From Candidatus Saccharimonadota bacterium (GTDB lineage Archaea > Micrarchaeota > Micrarchaeia > Micrarchaeales > Micrarchaeaceae), in contig OY969114.1 in the NCBI GenBank assembly GCA_963698035.1, forward strand, positions 360,001 to 392,000: 32,000 nucleotides of DNA, read 5' to 3'. Of the stretch, positions 22,585-31,497 are shown piece after piece. Numbering within the stretch: position 1 is the stretch's first letter; the number at the start of each line of letters is the position of its first letter. The notes under the pieces are model-generated. The model saw only the letters and a list, made by a program, of their open reading frames with translations. It was not told the origin of the DNA and did not search any database. Both the position numbers and the translations under genes were made by a program.

Positions 22585-25500
22585 CTACGATGGCATCGTG
22601 AAGTTGTTCTTGACCCACGAAGGCTTCGGCGTCACCGGGGGCAGCGAGCCGGTGAAGTTGGTGAGCTCGAATATCCTTATCGGATATGTGCCGTTCACAA
22701 AGTTAACTCCGGTGCCCCCTGCGGGGTACACCTGGATAAAGCCCGGCATCTCTCCCAGAAAGAAGCCTTTATAGTAGTTGGAGCTGTAGAACTCGGAAGG
22801 CGCATTGGTTATCGTGTTGCTCGGGCCGTTCGGGAGGTAGATCATCAGGTACTCTACGAACGGTATGCCGCTTACGGTTATCACTCCTTCGTAGTAGCTC
22901 GACTGCAGCACTGCATTCGTCTTGCCTCCCGACTGGTTGTAGACTTTCAGCACGCCGTTCGCGTTCGGAATGGAGCTTACGCAGACCGTCTGGTTCGATA
23001 GACCGTTACCGTTAACCAGATAGGAGCTTATCAGCGGCGTTGTGGCGTTGGAGCTCTTGCAGTAGTATGATATGCTCTGGGTGGTCGCGTTTGCCGGCAG
23101 TAGCGCAGCCAGCGGCACCAGCGCGAACTGCGGATCGTGCTGGAGCTCACATTGCGAATTGCCTAGCATGTAAGGCACAGGCGGACTCTGCGACTGGCCC
23201 TGCGCTATTGCGAAAACTCTGGAAGTTGCATTGATGTCGACGCATGCGAGGAAGTCCAGTGCCTGCCACTTTGCCACAAGGTCCTCGTCGAACAGGACAT
23301 ACTTCGTCTGGTTCGTGTTCATCAGCCCGGCAAGGTTCGACGGGCCGTATCCATCGCTTGGGCCTAAAACGAAGCTCGCTGCGGTGGCGTAGTCTTCTGT
23401 AGGTGCTGAATTGTCACCCCTCAACACCGCGTGGGAGTTGCCGAACCAGTTTATCCAGTCTCCGTAGTCCCACCATGAGAGGACCCTTGGTCCCAAAGAC
23501 CCAACATTCTTGCTGAGCCAACTCGTGGCCTGTATCCAGTATGTTGGAATAAGGTTGCAGAATAGGTCTTCCCCTATCCCGTTGCCGTTTGAGCTTATGA
23601 TGTTGCATGCGTTTGCTGGGTTGGACGAGTAGGTATATGCCGCGGTGAATGCCTCTGTTATGGTACTTGATTCGCCAAGCATAGCCCGATGGTTGACGTA
23701 GACCGCTGTTCCTTCTATTATTATGAAGAATATAAGTAGGGCCCATAATGCAGCCCTGCCTGTCGATGACTTCCTCCACACGACTATTACGAGAAGCATG
23801 ATTATCGCGATTATAGGAGATATGAAGAACGCAGCAATTGCCAGTATTGCATAGACGATGTTCGAGTGCTTCTGGAATGCGTTCTGGTATTCGGGCTTTT
23901 TGACCATGCTTGTGGTAAGGCTCGATCCGTATTTCCTTATGCTGAAATCGTTGTCTGCTAGCAGGAGTAGCTCCCCTATTATTATCCCGAAGAGGATTAT
24001 GTAGGCTATTGCAAAGTGAGGAAGGTACTTTACCTCACTCATCCCGGCGTACATCATGCCGATTCCTATTACGGCATAGAGTATTCCGGTCTGGCTCTTC
24101 CTGAAGATTATGCTTATTGATATGAGTGTCAAGGCGACTACAGATACAATCCATACGAGCACCGGCACGCCTCCTATGCTCGCCCCAATCAGGCCGAACC
24201 CTGCTGAGCCGAAGTTATAGAGAGGGCCGGTTGGTATGTACTCCTGGACGGTCATGAATAAGGGTATCGAGGGTGTGGTGTAGTGCGAGCTTAGGTTGAG
24301 GTATCCGATTATCGATTTGCCGAGAGGCGAGAGGATTGTTGCGACGCCAGCGACGATTAATATTATGACTATCCAGCCGAGATACTCCTTCCAGTTCAGC
24401 GTCTTGAAGATTATATTGCGCCTCTTCAGAAGGATTGGCAGGTATTGTATAATTGCGATAAGGGCGAGAGCCATGGCGGGCCATGCTACGGTTATCGGTA
24501 TGCCTGCGATAGTTGGTAGCGCGCCGCTCAGCGTAGACCTGTAGGTCGCGTATGCTGCAAGGAATACCGCTATGGTGGCGATCACTATTATGTTCATCTT
24601 GTAGAAGTACTTGGTAAGCGTGCCTCTCAGCGTCGCGATTATTCCCTCTGCCAGTATGTAAATCGTGAGTATTCCGGTGTTGACGGTGTAGTAGTGGGCG
24701 CCGAGGAAGGTCGACGCGAATGCGATGCCTGCAAGGATTGCGAGCCTGGAGCTCTTCATGTCCCTTATCGCAAGGGTGTAGGCTGCGAAGAAGAAGAAGA
24801 GCGTAAAGAGCCCCCACGGCTCAAGAAGTTGCTCTCCTGCAACGAACGTTGTGAACAGGACGGGCATGCAGGCTGCTATCGCAGCGCCCATAAGCCCTAC
24901 GTACTTGCCGTACTCATGATAAAGGAGCATGAATATTACGAAAACTAGTAGGGCAGCCGTGACCGGCGGGTAGACCGACCCAACCCAGCTCATCAGGTTT
25001 GTGTTGAAGGTCTGGTTGTTCTGCGTTCCGAAATAGTTTGCGAGAGAGTACCAGTATGCCTCTAGGTAGGGCACAATCGGCTGTATCCTCATGACCGATC
25101 CTGCTACCTCAACTGGCCATGCAGAATACGAGGTGTAGAACTGCTGCCCGTAGGTGAGTATCGACTGCGCGGCAAGCATGTCGAAATAGGGGTCGAATTC
25201 GAAGAAGTGCGGTGCCGGCAGTATTCCGAACATCCTGGTCGCAAATGTTATGATCATTATTACGAGAAGCAGCATCCACGGCCACGCGGTCTTGATTTTG
25301 AATCCGCTGGACAGGCTTGCAGCCTGCGGCGGGGCGCTGAGCCTGCCGAGCAGCATGCTCTCTTCTTTTGCATGGTCCTCTGCAAGCCTCCTCTCCTCCT
25401 GCGCGTGCAGCTCTGAGAGCTTGACTCTGTCGGTGGAATCAAGCTGGCTTACGAGCTTCTGCTCCTCTGCGTGCTTCCTTCTGAGTTCCTCCTCCTCCGC

Positions 25501-25947
25501 CCTGTGCTTCAACACGAGCGCCTTTGCGTGCTCGAAGTGCGAGAGCTTCGATCTTATTTCCTCCAGCGTCTTGGAGTAGTCGGCCTGCACCGCGTTGATC
25601 TGCGCCTCCTCTAATTTTATCTGTTCATTCCTTGAAAGCTTCAGGAAGCTCAGGTCCTTGAATACCCCCTGCCAAACGCAGAGGATTGCCCCCAAGATGG
25701 TCAGCGCGAGGGCGTTCGCTTCGAAGAGGGCGAGCGAGAACGAAAAGATGTGCAGTCCGTAGTTGACGAGGAAGGATTCGACCCAGGTGAGGCCTGCGGG
25801 CGCGATAAGGCCAAATATGAAGCCGATCACCACCACCTCAAAAAGGTGGAGGTCGGTCTTCTTGTAGAGAAGCGCGAGCGCAAGGAGCACTCCTGGCACA
25901 AACATCGATATGAACGCGACTATGCTCGTTGCTATTATCAGACCCAT
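22585..25947 (-). CDS. aglB: Oligosaccharyltransferase AglB (STT3 family) with a long N-terminal extension
   Basis: WWDYGDWI (the WWDYG motif), FEFDPYF in the first external loop, many transmembrane helices, and a sequon-rich C-terminal soluble domain. The track ORF opens at TTG 25956; an ATG lies at 25947. Confidence 0.88.
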   Translation of the reverse strand: MGLIIATSIVAFISMFVPGVLLALALLYKKTDLHLFEVVVIGFIFGLIAPAGLTWVESFLVNYGLHIFSFSLALFEANALALTILGAILCVWQGVFKDLSFLKLSRNEQIKLEEAQINAVQADYSKTLEEIRSKLSHFEHAKALVLKHRAEEEELRRKHAEEQKLVSQLDSTDRVKLSELHAQEERRLAEDHAKEESMLLGRLSAPPQAASLSSGFKIKTAWPWMLLLVIMIITFATRMFGILPAPHFFEFDPYFDMLAAQSILTYGQQFYTSYSAWPVEVAGSVMRIQPIVPYLEAYWYSLANYFGTQNNQTFNTNLMSWVGSVYPPVTAALLVFVIFMLLYHEYGKYVGLMGAAIAACMPVLFTTFVAGEQLLEPWGLFTLFFFFAAYTLAIRDMKSSRLAILAGIAFASTFLGAHYYTVNTGILTIYILAEGIIATLRGTLTKYFYKMNIIVIATIAVFLAAYATYRSTLSGALPTIAGIPITVAWPAMALALIAIIQYLPILLKRRNIIFKTLNWKEYLGWIVIILIVAGVATILSPLGKSIIGYLNLSSHYTTPSIPLFMTVQEYIPTGPLYNFGSAGFGLIGASIGGVPVLVWIVSVVALTLISISIIFRKSQTGILYAVIGIGMMYAGMSEVKYLPHFAIAYIILFGIIIGELLLLADNDFSIRKYGSSLTTSMVKKPEYQNAFQKHSNIVYAILAIAAFFISPIIAIIMLLVIVVWRKSSTGRAALWALLIFFIIIEGTAVYVNHRAMLGESSTITEAFTAAYTYSSNPANACNIISSNGNGIGEDLFCNLIPTYWIQATSWLSKNVGSLGPRVLSWWDYGDWINWFGNSHAVLRGDNSAPTEDYATAASFVLGPSDGYGPSNLAGLMNTNQTKYVLFDEDLVAKWQALDFLACVDINATSRVFAIAQGQSQSPPVPYMLGNSQCELQHDPQFALVPLAALLPANATTQSISYYCKSSNATTPLISSYLVNGNGLSNQTVCVSSIPNANGVLKVYNQSGGKTNAVLQSSYYEGVITVSGIPFVEYLMIYLPNGPSNTITNAPSEFYSSNYYKGFFLGEMPGFIQVYPAGGTGVNFVNGTYPIRIFELTNFTGSLPPVTPKPSWVKNNFTMPS

Positions 25948-25982
25948 CAAAAACAACTATTATTTTAGATACAGTTGCAAAT

Positions 25983-26606
25983 TTAACTGTTGAGTATTGA
26001 CTTCGGTATTTCTATGGGCTTCATCTCCATTCCGGGGAACACGGTGCCTGGCGGGACTATCCTCACCTTTATCCCTATCGCCCCGTATTTCGGATAGGCC
26101 GTTGCGCTGGCCTCCCTTACAAGGAAGACCACGTCGCCGGCCTTTGGCATGTAGCCTACGCTCTTCCTTATCATTTTTGCCCTTGCCCCTTTTGCTGCAA
26201 GCTTCCCGCTCGCGACTATTTCAGCGCCCATAGCGCCGTTCTGGAGTATCTGCTTCAGCATCGTCTGTATGACCTTCCTCGCATTTATCCCGCGCTCGAA
26301 CTTTTCTGCTATCTCCCTGGCGACCAGCATGGGCTCCAGCATCTTGTTCTCCACCTCCATCACATTTATCTGCGGGTTGTCGACCTTGAACATCTTCTTG
26401 ATGTTCTCTGTGAGCGCGTCTATTGTCTTGCCGGCCCTGCCGATGACCCTTCCTGGGCTGAGAACGTAGACGGTTATCCTGGTTAAGACGGGGGTCTTCT
26501 GTATCTCCACCCTTGAGAAGCCAGCCCTTACGAGCTCCTTGGTCAGATATCTTGAGATGTTGAGCTTTATAATCGAGTCATCAATGAATTTTCTCTCTAT
26601 TGCCAT
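25983..26606 (-). CDS. rps3: 30S ribosomal protein S3 (uS3)
   Basis: KH-domain N-terminus (...RAGFSRVEIQKTPVLTRITVYV..PGRVIGRAGKTI...). Its position after uL22 fits the conserved cluster. Confidence 0.92.
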   Translation of the reverse strand: MAIERKFIDDSIIKLNISRYLTKELVRAGFSRVEIQKTPVLTRITVYVLSPGRVIGRAGKTIDALTENIKKMFKVDNPQINVMEVENKMLEPMLVAREIAEKFERGINARKVIQTMLKQILQNGAMGAEIVASGKLAAKGARAKMIRKSVGYMPKAGDVVFLVREASATAYPKYGAIGIKVRIVPPGTVFPGMEMKPIEIPKSILNS

Positions 26607-26610
26607 TCAA

Positions 26611-27249
26611 TCACGCTTTTATTTCGACTGTTGCTGCCTTCTGTGCTGCTGCTTGCGGCTTTGCCGTTTGTTGCCTTCGCTGCCCCTTCTGCTGCGGCTT
26701 CGCCTTTGCTGTATTGTCATGCTGCCTCTTCTGGAATCCTACGCGCTTCTTCATCCTCTCGCTGAGGCCCTCTTCTTCACCATAGCCAAGCGCGAGCTCA
26801 ATCCTTGCAAGCTCCAGATTGGTCCACCTTGTAGAGCCTCTTCCCATGCTGTGGCCGAGCCTGAGCAAGCCCTTGGGCGCGGTCCTCTGGAGTATCAGCG
26901 TCTTGTTCGCTGATGCGTGCACTATGTACATCTCCTGCGGGTCCTCTCCCTTGTTTTCCGCGTTCGCCATTGCATTGACTAGCACCTTCCTGACCAGCAC
27001 GGCGCACTTTTTTGGGTACCTGCCCTTTTGCCCGCCGAGCTCGTGCCTTGATCCCATGTACTTGTTGTACTTCTTGTAAAGTATAGGGGTGCTTCCCTTC
27101 GATACGGTGTCGAGCAGCGCAATCGCGGAGGCCGCATTCTTGTATCTTATGACGTCGCAGACAGCGCTGAGGTCCTTGAAGCTCGCATTCACATTGCTTG
27201 TGCTAGCGAAGATGAGCCCTTCCCTCTTCCTGTTGAATGAATATGCCAT
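26611..27249 (-). CDS. rpl22: 50S ribosomal protein L22 (uL22) with a ~57-aa Q/K/A-rich C-terminal tail
   Basis: ...SFKDLSAVCDVIRYKNAASAIALLD...GRYPKKCA...NAENKG... is typical uL22. The extra C-terminal segment is EEEGLSERMKKRVGFQKRQHDNTAKAKPQQKGQRRQQTAKPQAAAQKAATVEIKA. Confidence 0.9.
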   Translation of the reverse strand: MAYSFNRKREGLIFASTSNVNASFKDLSAVCDVIRYKNAASAIALLDTVSKGSTPILYKKYNKYMGSRHELGGQKGRYPKKCAVLVRKVLVNAMANAENKGEDPQEMYIVHASANKTLILQRTAPKGLLRLGHSMGRGSTRWTNLELARIELALGYGEEEGLSERMKKRVGFQKRQHDNTAKAKPQQKGQRRQQTAKPQAAAQKAATVEIKA

Positions 27250-27253
27250 TTTT

Positions 27254-27646
27254 TCACTTCACTCCTATGAACTTGCTTCCCCTCGTCGCTTTTATTCCCG
27301 GTGCCGAGTGCACGACGCTCTTTGTGGTAAACGCGAACTCGCCGAGTCTGTGCCCAAGCATGTTAGCCGTTACCTGCACCTTCTGGAACTCCTTCCCATT
27401 GTAGACTTCGAACATCGTGCCGATCCATGACGGCAGTATTACTGCCTCCCTTACGTGCGTCCTTATGGGCTTCTGCTTGTTCTGGCTCTTCGCCCTTTGC
27501 ACCTTTGCGGTCAGCTCCCTGTATGCCAGGCCTCCCCTTTTTATGCTCCTCCTCTGGCGCGACTTTATCAGCGTAAGGTACTGCTCGTCTGTGAGCTTCT
27601 CCAGTTCCGAGGGGAACTTTCCTCTAAATGCTATCCTCTCTGCCAT
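27254..27646 (-). CDS. rps19: 30S ribosomal protein S19 (uS19)
   Basis: ...IRTHVREAVILPSWIGTMFEVYNGKEF..V.V...MLGHRLGEFA.T is typical uS19. Cluster synteny supports the call. Confidence 0.93.
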   Translation of the reverse strand: MAERIAFRGKFPSELEKLTDEQYLTLIKSRQRRSIKRGGLAYRELTAKVQRAKSQNKQKPIRTHVREAVILPSWIGTMFEVYNGKEFQKVQVTANMLGHRLGEFAFTTKSVVHSAPGIKATRGSKFIGVK

Positions 27647-27650
27647 TCAA

Positions 27651-28364
27651 TCATCCTTTCTTCCTCCTGCCTACCCTGCTAGCTGCTATGTGCCCAACCT
27701 TCCTACCGGGCGGCGCGTTCCTGGAGGTCATGCTGCTCTTGCCCTTGTGGTGCTGCTTGCCACCGAACGGGTGGTCCACGGGGTTGAGCTTTACTCCTCT
27801 TATTTTGGGCCACATCCTGTTTGTGGCATGCCACATGTAGTGGCTCTTACCCGCCTTTACTATGGGCTGATCTGTAATTCCTCCACCGGCAGCCATGCCG
27901 AGCTGCGCCCTGCAGTCGTTGTTGAGCGCCACGCTTGCCTTTGAAGGCATTAGTATGTTTGTGGTGGAGCCGAGGTGCGCGGTGATATGGGCCGTGCTCC
28001 CTGCGCTCCTGACGAACTTGCCACCATCTCCGGGCGTCGACTCTACGTTGTATATCGGCATCCCTTCCGGGATGTCACCTATCCTCATCACGCTGCCTAT
28101 GGTGAAAATCCTCTTTCCTGTGTAAATTCTATCTCTCACTTTTATGCCCTCTGGGGCAATCATGTAGCCGATTGTGAAGTCGTCATATGTAATCTGCATA
28201 AGAGGTGCGGTATGGCCCGTATGGTTGAATATGCTCATGACCTCGCCTTCTGCAACAGCATCAAGCTTGTTACTGTAGTTGACCCGAAGGTCGAAGGTGC
28301 CTGGCGGCTTGGTGTACGCCTTGGAGCCCTTGCCTCTCCTCTGCTGCCTTAGTCTCTTTCCCAT
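27651..28364 (-). CDS. rpl2: 50S ribosomal protein L2 (uL2)
   Basis: ...GDIPEGMPIYNVE..PGDGGKFVRSAGS...VKLNPVDHPFGGKQHHKG... is typical uL2. Confidence 0.95.
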   Translation of the reverse strand: MGKRLRQQRRGKGSKAYTKPPGTFDLRVNYSNKLDAVAEGEVMSIFNHTGHTAPLMQITYDDFTIGYMIAPEGIKVRDRIYTGKRIFTIGSVMRIGDIPEGMPIYNVESTPGDGGKFVRSAGSTAHITAHLGSTTNILMPSKASVALNNDCRAQLGMAAGGGITDQPIVKAGKSHYMWHATNRMWPKIRGVKLNPVDHPFGGKQHHKGKSSMTSRNAPPGRKVGHIAASRVGRRKKG

Positions 28365-28367
28365 TTT

Positions 28368-28622
28368 TCACACCAGCTTCAGTCTTTTGGCTATGTCCTC
28401 TGCCCTGTAGCCCTTTGCCAGCTTGATGAATGCCTTCTTGTTGTTGGTGGTGGTGTTGACCGTTCTTATCGAATCGACCTTCACGTTGAAGATGCTCTCG
28501 AATTCCTTCCTTATCTCCGGCTTTGTCGCCCTGTAGTCGACGATGTAGATAATAGTGTTATATTTCCCTATCTGGTTTATTGTCTTTTCTGTAGACATCG
28601 GATATTTAAGTATTCCAGCCAT
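28368..28622 (-). CDS. rpl23: 50S ribosomal protein L23 (uL23)
   Basis: 84 aa, LKYPMSTEKT...IVDYRATKPEIRKEFE..F.VKV..V.T. Cluster synteny supports the call. Confidence 0.92.
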   Translation of the reverse strand: MAGILKYPMSTEKTINQIGKYNTIIYIVDYRATKPEIRKEFESIFNVKVDSIRTVNTTTNNKKAFIKLAKGYRAEDIAKRLKLV

Positions 28623-28626
28623 ATCG

Positions 28627-29427
28627 TCACCTCAGTTTGAGCCCCTCTATCTGCCTGTCCATTACCGGGAGCACATTCTCGCTCCATATCGTAAGTCTTC
28701 CAGGCTGTCCTCCGGGCGCGAGGGCGTTTGCGGTAATATCATGCATGCTGCAAGCATCCACGCCCGCCATGTTCCTTGCCGCCTTTAAGAGGCCGTTGTC
28801 CTTCTCGACCACTATCAGCACCGACTTCCTGTAATGCCTCTGCTTTGAGAGGCGCCTGAGCCCCTTCCTTTTTGTCATCTCCCTTCCGTGCTGGACGTAC
28901 CAGTCGAGCTTTAGGCTGCTAAGCACCTTGGCCACATCCCTTGTCTTCTTGAGCGATTCTATGTCGCTTGAGACTATTATTGGCAGTGCTGTCTGCGATG
29001 TTCCCTTCATCAGCTCCTGCTGCGACGTGGCGGCTATGGCACTTCTTATCGCCTTCTGGTACTCCTTTGCGTTTATCTGCTCCGTGAGTATCTTTTCTAT
29101 GAGGTGCGGGTGCGCCCTCTTTCCCTTTACTGCCGACGGTATTCTCCTGACATCTCCTTGGATTCCGCCACCTAGCTTCTGCCTCGGTCTTATCGCAATT
29201 CCCATGTGCCTTCCTGTTCTGTAGGAGGCCATTGCACCATAGTACCTTGCTGTGGTCTGCATTCCTGCAAGGACGTAGTGGCCCTGCGGCTGAAGCTTGC
29301 GCGAGTTTTCTGCTAGGGTCGCCCTCGCTATGAGATCCGGCCTTACCCTCTCCGAAAATGCTGACGGAAGCTCGACTGACCTCATGACGCTGCCATCCAT
29401 GTTTAGTATCTTTGCGCTCGCCATCAT
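28627..29427 (-). CDS. rpl4: 50S ribosomal protein L4 (uL4)
   Basis: 266 aa with ...AGMQTTARYYGAMASYRTGRHMGIAIRPR... It lies between uL3 and uL23 and overlaps the uL3 stop by 4 nt. Confidence 0.92.
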   Translation of the reverse strand: MMASAKILNMDGSVMRSVELPSAFSERVRPDLIARATLAENSRKLQPQGHYVLAGMQTTARYYGAMASYRTGRHMGIAIRPRQKLGGGIQGDVRRIPSAVKGKRAHPHLIEKILTEQINAKEYQKAIRSAIAATSQQELMKGTSQTALPIIVSSDIESLKKTRDVAKVLSSLKLDWYVQHGREMTKRKGLRRLSKQRHYRKSVLIVVEKDNGLLKAARNMAGVDACSMHDITANALAPGGQPGRLTIWSENVLPVMDRQIEGLKLR

Positions 29428-30398
29428 ATCGCCTTGCCTGTGGTTGCGATGTAGCTTATCTTTGGCTCCTTTATGCCGCCTTTCGCATCCCTGTTGCCTA
29501 TCGACTTCCTGATCCTGACTAGCCTCTTTGCAGGGCCGGCCACAGAGCCGTCGATTATTATGTAGTCTGATGTTACCTTTCCGTAGTTTATGAAGCCCGA
29601 TGTAGGGTTTACCTGCTGAGAATCCTCCTTCTTCCCCGTCTTGAGTATCCTCTTATTGTGCTCGGTCCTGTAGTTGTACCCTGTCTGGCCGGACTGCGGC
29701 ACGGTGTAGAGCACCCTCTTCATTCCAAAAGCGCCCAGCGTCCCGACATGCCTCGTCTTCTGGGTGGCTTTATGGGAGAGCCTTGCGACCCCGAACCTCT
29801 TGATGACCCCCTGCCATCCCTTGCCCTTCGATACTGAGGTAATGTCTACATGCTCCCCGTTTTTGAAGATATCATACGGCTTTACCTCCTTACCGAGCAG
29901 TTTCTTTGCGAATTCTATCTTGTCATCTATGCTGTTTCCGACGATGGCCGCCTCATACCTGTCCGGATGGTGCTGGCCGGTCGCGATTCCCTTTGGATAT
30001 GCAACGAGCAGCGCGGTTACGTCGACGACGCCCTCTTCGACCTTGAGGGAGTCTAGGTTCGGCTCGGAGGCTACCTTCTTTACTCCTGCCCTCTGCGCAG
30101 CCGCCTTGTCGTATACCTCCCTTGATGCCTTCTTGTAGCCTGTGCCTCTCTCTTTAGAGTACGCCCTGACGCCGTACATTTCGGTAGTAGGTACCTCTAT
30201 TATCGTGCATGACCTGCTCGTTTCTGACGCTCTCGCACCTTCCTCCATTATCGCGACATGCGACATCCCTACTTTGTAGCCGACGATATTCGAGAACGTG
30301 GGCTCCTTTCCTGATTTTTGGTGAGAGCGCAGCCTAGGGAGACGCCTGTAAGCTCTGCGCTTTTGCCAATACTGAAGTGATCCTCTTCTCATGCTCAC
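29424..30398 (-). CDS. rpl3: 50S ribosomal protein L3 (uL3)
   Basis: ...GYKVGMSHV...SVSKGKGWQGVIKRFG...GQTGYNYRTE... is typical archaeal uL3. Confidence 0.94.
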   Translation of the reverse strand: MSMRRGSLQYWQKRRAYRRLPRLRSHQKSGKEPTFSNIVGYKVGMSHVAIMEEGARASETSRSCTIIEVPTTEMYGVRAYSKERGTGYKKASREVYDKAAAQRAGVKKVASEPNLDSLKVEEGVVDVTALLVAYPKGIATGQHHPDRYEAAIVGNSIDDKIEFAKKLLGKEVKPYDIFKNGEHVDITSVSKGKGWQGVIKRFGVARLSHKATQKTRHVGTLGAFGMKRVLYTVPQSGQTGYNYRTEHNKRILKTGKKEDSQQVNPTSGFINYGKVTSDYIIIDGSVAGPAKRLVRIRKSIGNRDAKGGIKEPKISYIATTGKAI

Positions 30399-30481
30399 AC
30401 TTTAAGGATTTAGAACAGTCTTGACCGATAATCAGACCTGCTTCTTACCTTGGAACTACTGAATATATCCTCTCTTCATAT

Positions 30482-30757
30482 TTATATATTTTTAGTTCTA
30501 TCCCTGCCTGCAGATTTGCGGAAGTCCTTGCCGATTACGCTCTCTATGATCTGTATCTGGCGCATCATCGCGTTCATTGATGCCCTCAAGGCGGACGCAT
30601 CTCCTGCCTTAATCGATATTGCAAAAGAGCTTGGTCCCTCCTTAATTGATATACTGCTTCTCTTGTAGGAACGGGGTTTTCCTATTATTTTCGTGTAGCT
30701 GGCGGGCACTACCTTTGTTATCGTTATATTCGATTCGAACCTGCACTTTTGTGCCAT
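30482..30757 (-). CDS. pcc1: KEOPS complex subunit Pcc1-like protein
   Basis: The C-terminal ...FAISIKAGDASALRASMNAMMRQIQIIESVI parallels the Pcc1 motif (..I.A.D.SALRG..NSYLRWI...) as I recall it from Pyrococcus Pcc1. Size is ~90 aa. Confidence 0.65.
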   Translation of the reverse strand: MAQKCRFESNITITKVVPASYTKIIGKPRSYKRSSISIKEGPSSFAISIKAGDASALRASMNAMMRQIQIIESVIGKDFRKSAGRDRTKNI

Positions 30758-30761
30758 AAAA

Positions 30762-31328
30762 TCAGCTTATTTCGTTGGCTCTCTTGCTTGGCCTTCTCTT
30801 TATTGTGCCGTATCCCTTTCTCGATATGCCGCGGTGCTTCCTTCCCTGGAAGGTAATCCCCCTGTAGGATCTTCCCTTCTGGGCTATTATTACCGAATAG
30901 TGCGGATCTGCCTGCAGCACTGACGATGCCCTATCGAGCAGGATTACCTCGAAAAACCTGTCAGACCCTGACGCCCCTACAAAGTACGAATTAAGCACCT
31001 CGCAATTGGAGAACTTCCTCGCCGCACGATCTTCGGCGATTGCCTGGAGCGACTTTGCCCTGGAGAAAAATCTTCCGCTTTTGGATGGCTTCCTCCCGCC
31101 GTCAGGGGCCTCTCTTTTGCTCATCCCCCCTCTCATCCTTACCCTTACGATTATTATCCCTTCCTTGGCCCTGTACCCCAGCTCCCTTGCCCTAGCTATG
31201 TTTGTTGGCCCGTCGGTCCTTGTTATCGGGGACTCCGTCCTCCACTTAATCATGCGCTCCTTGTAGATTTCGTTCCTCTGCTTGTATTCGTTAACGAAGG
31301 ATTTCTTCATCTGACCATACATGTTCAT
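30762..31328 (-). CDS. rpl15e: 50S ribosomal protein L15e (eL15)
   Basis: ...RTDGPTNIARARELGYRAKEGIIIVRVRMRGGM...VILLD... is typical eL15. Confidence 0.9.
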   Translation of the reverse strand: MNMYGQMKKSFVNEYKQRNEIYKERMIKWRTESPITRTDGPTNIARARELGYRAKEGIIIVRVRMRGGMSKREAPDGGRKPSKSGRFFSRAKSLQAIAEDRAARKFSNCEVLNSYFVGASGSDRFFEVILLDRASSVLQADPHYSVIIAQKGRSYRGITFQGRKHRGISRKGYGTIKRRPSKRANEIS

Positions 31329-31497
31329 TCAATCGCTTCTGACTTTACAAAAAGGTCAACAGATATTGATTCATTAACTATAAAAGTCTTCGTTTGGTGG
31401 CAGGTTTTGCGGTCTTCCGGCAGAATAGCTATATTTAAATATTTGAGGTGCGTTATATTATATGACGGTGCTGCATCCAGTCCATCGAGTGTTTACA

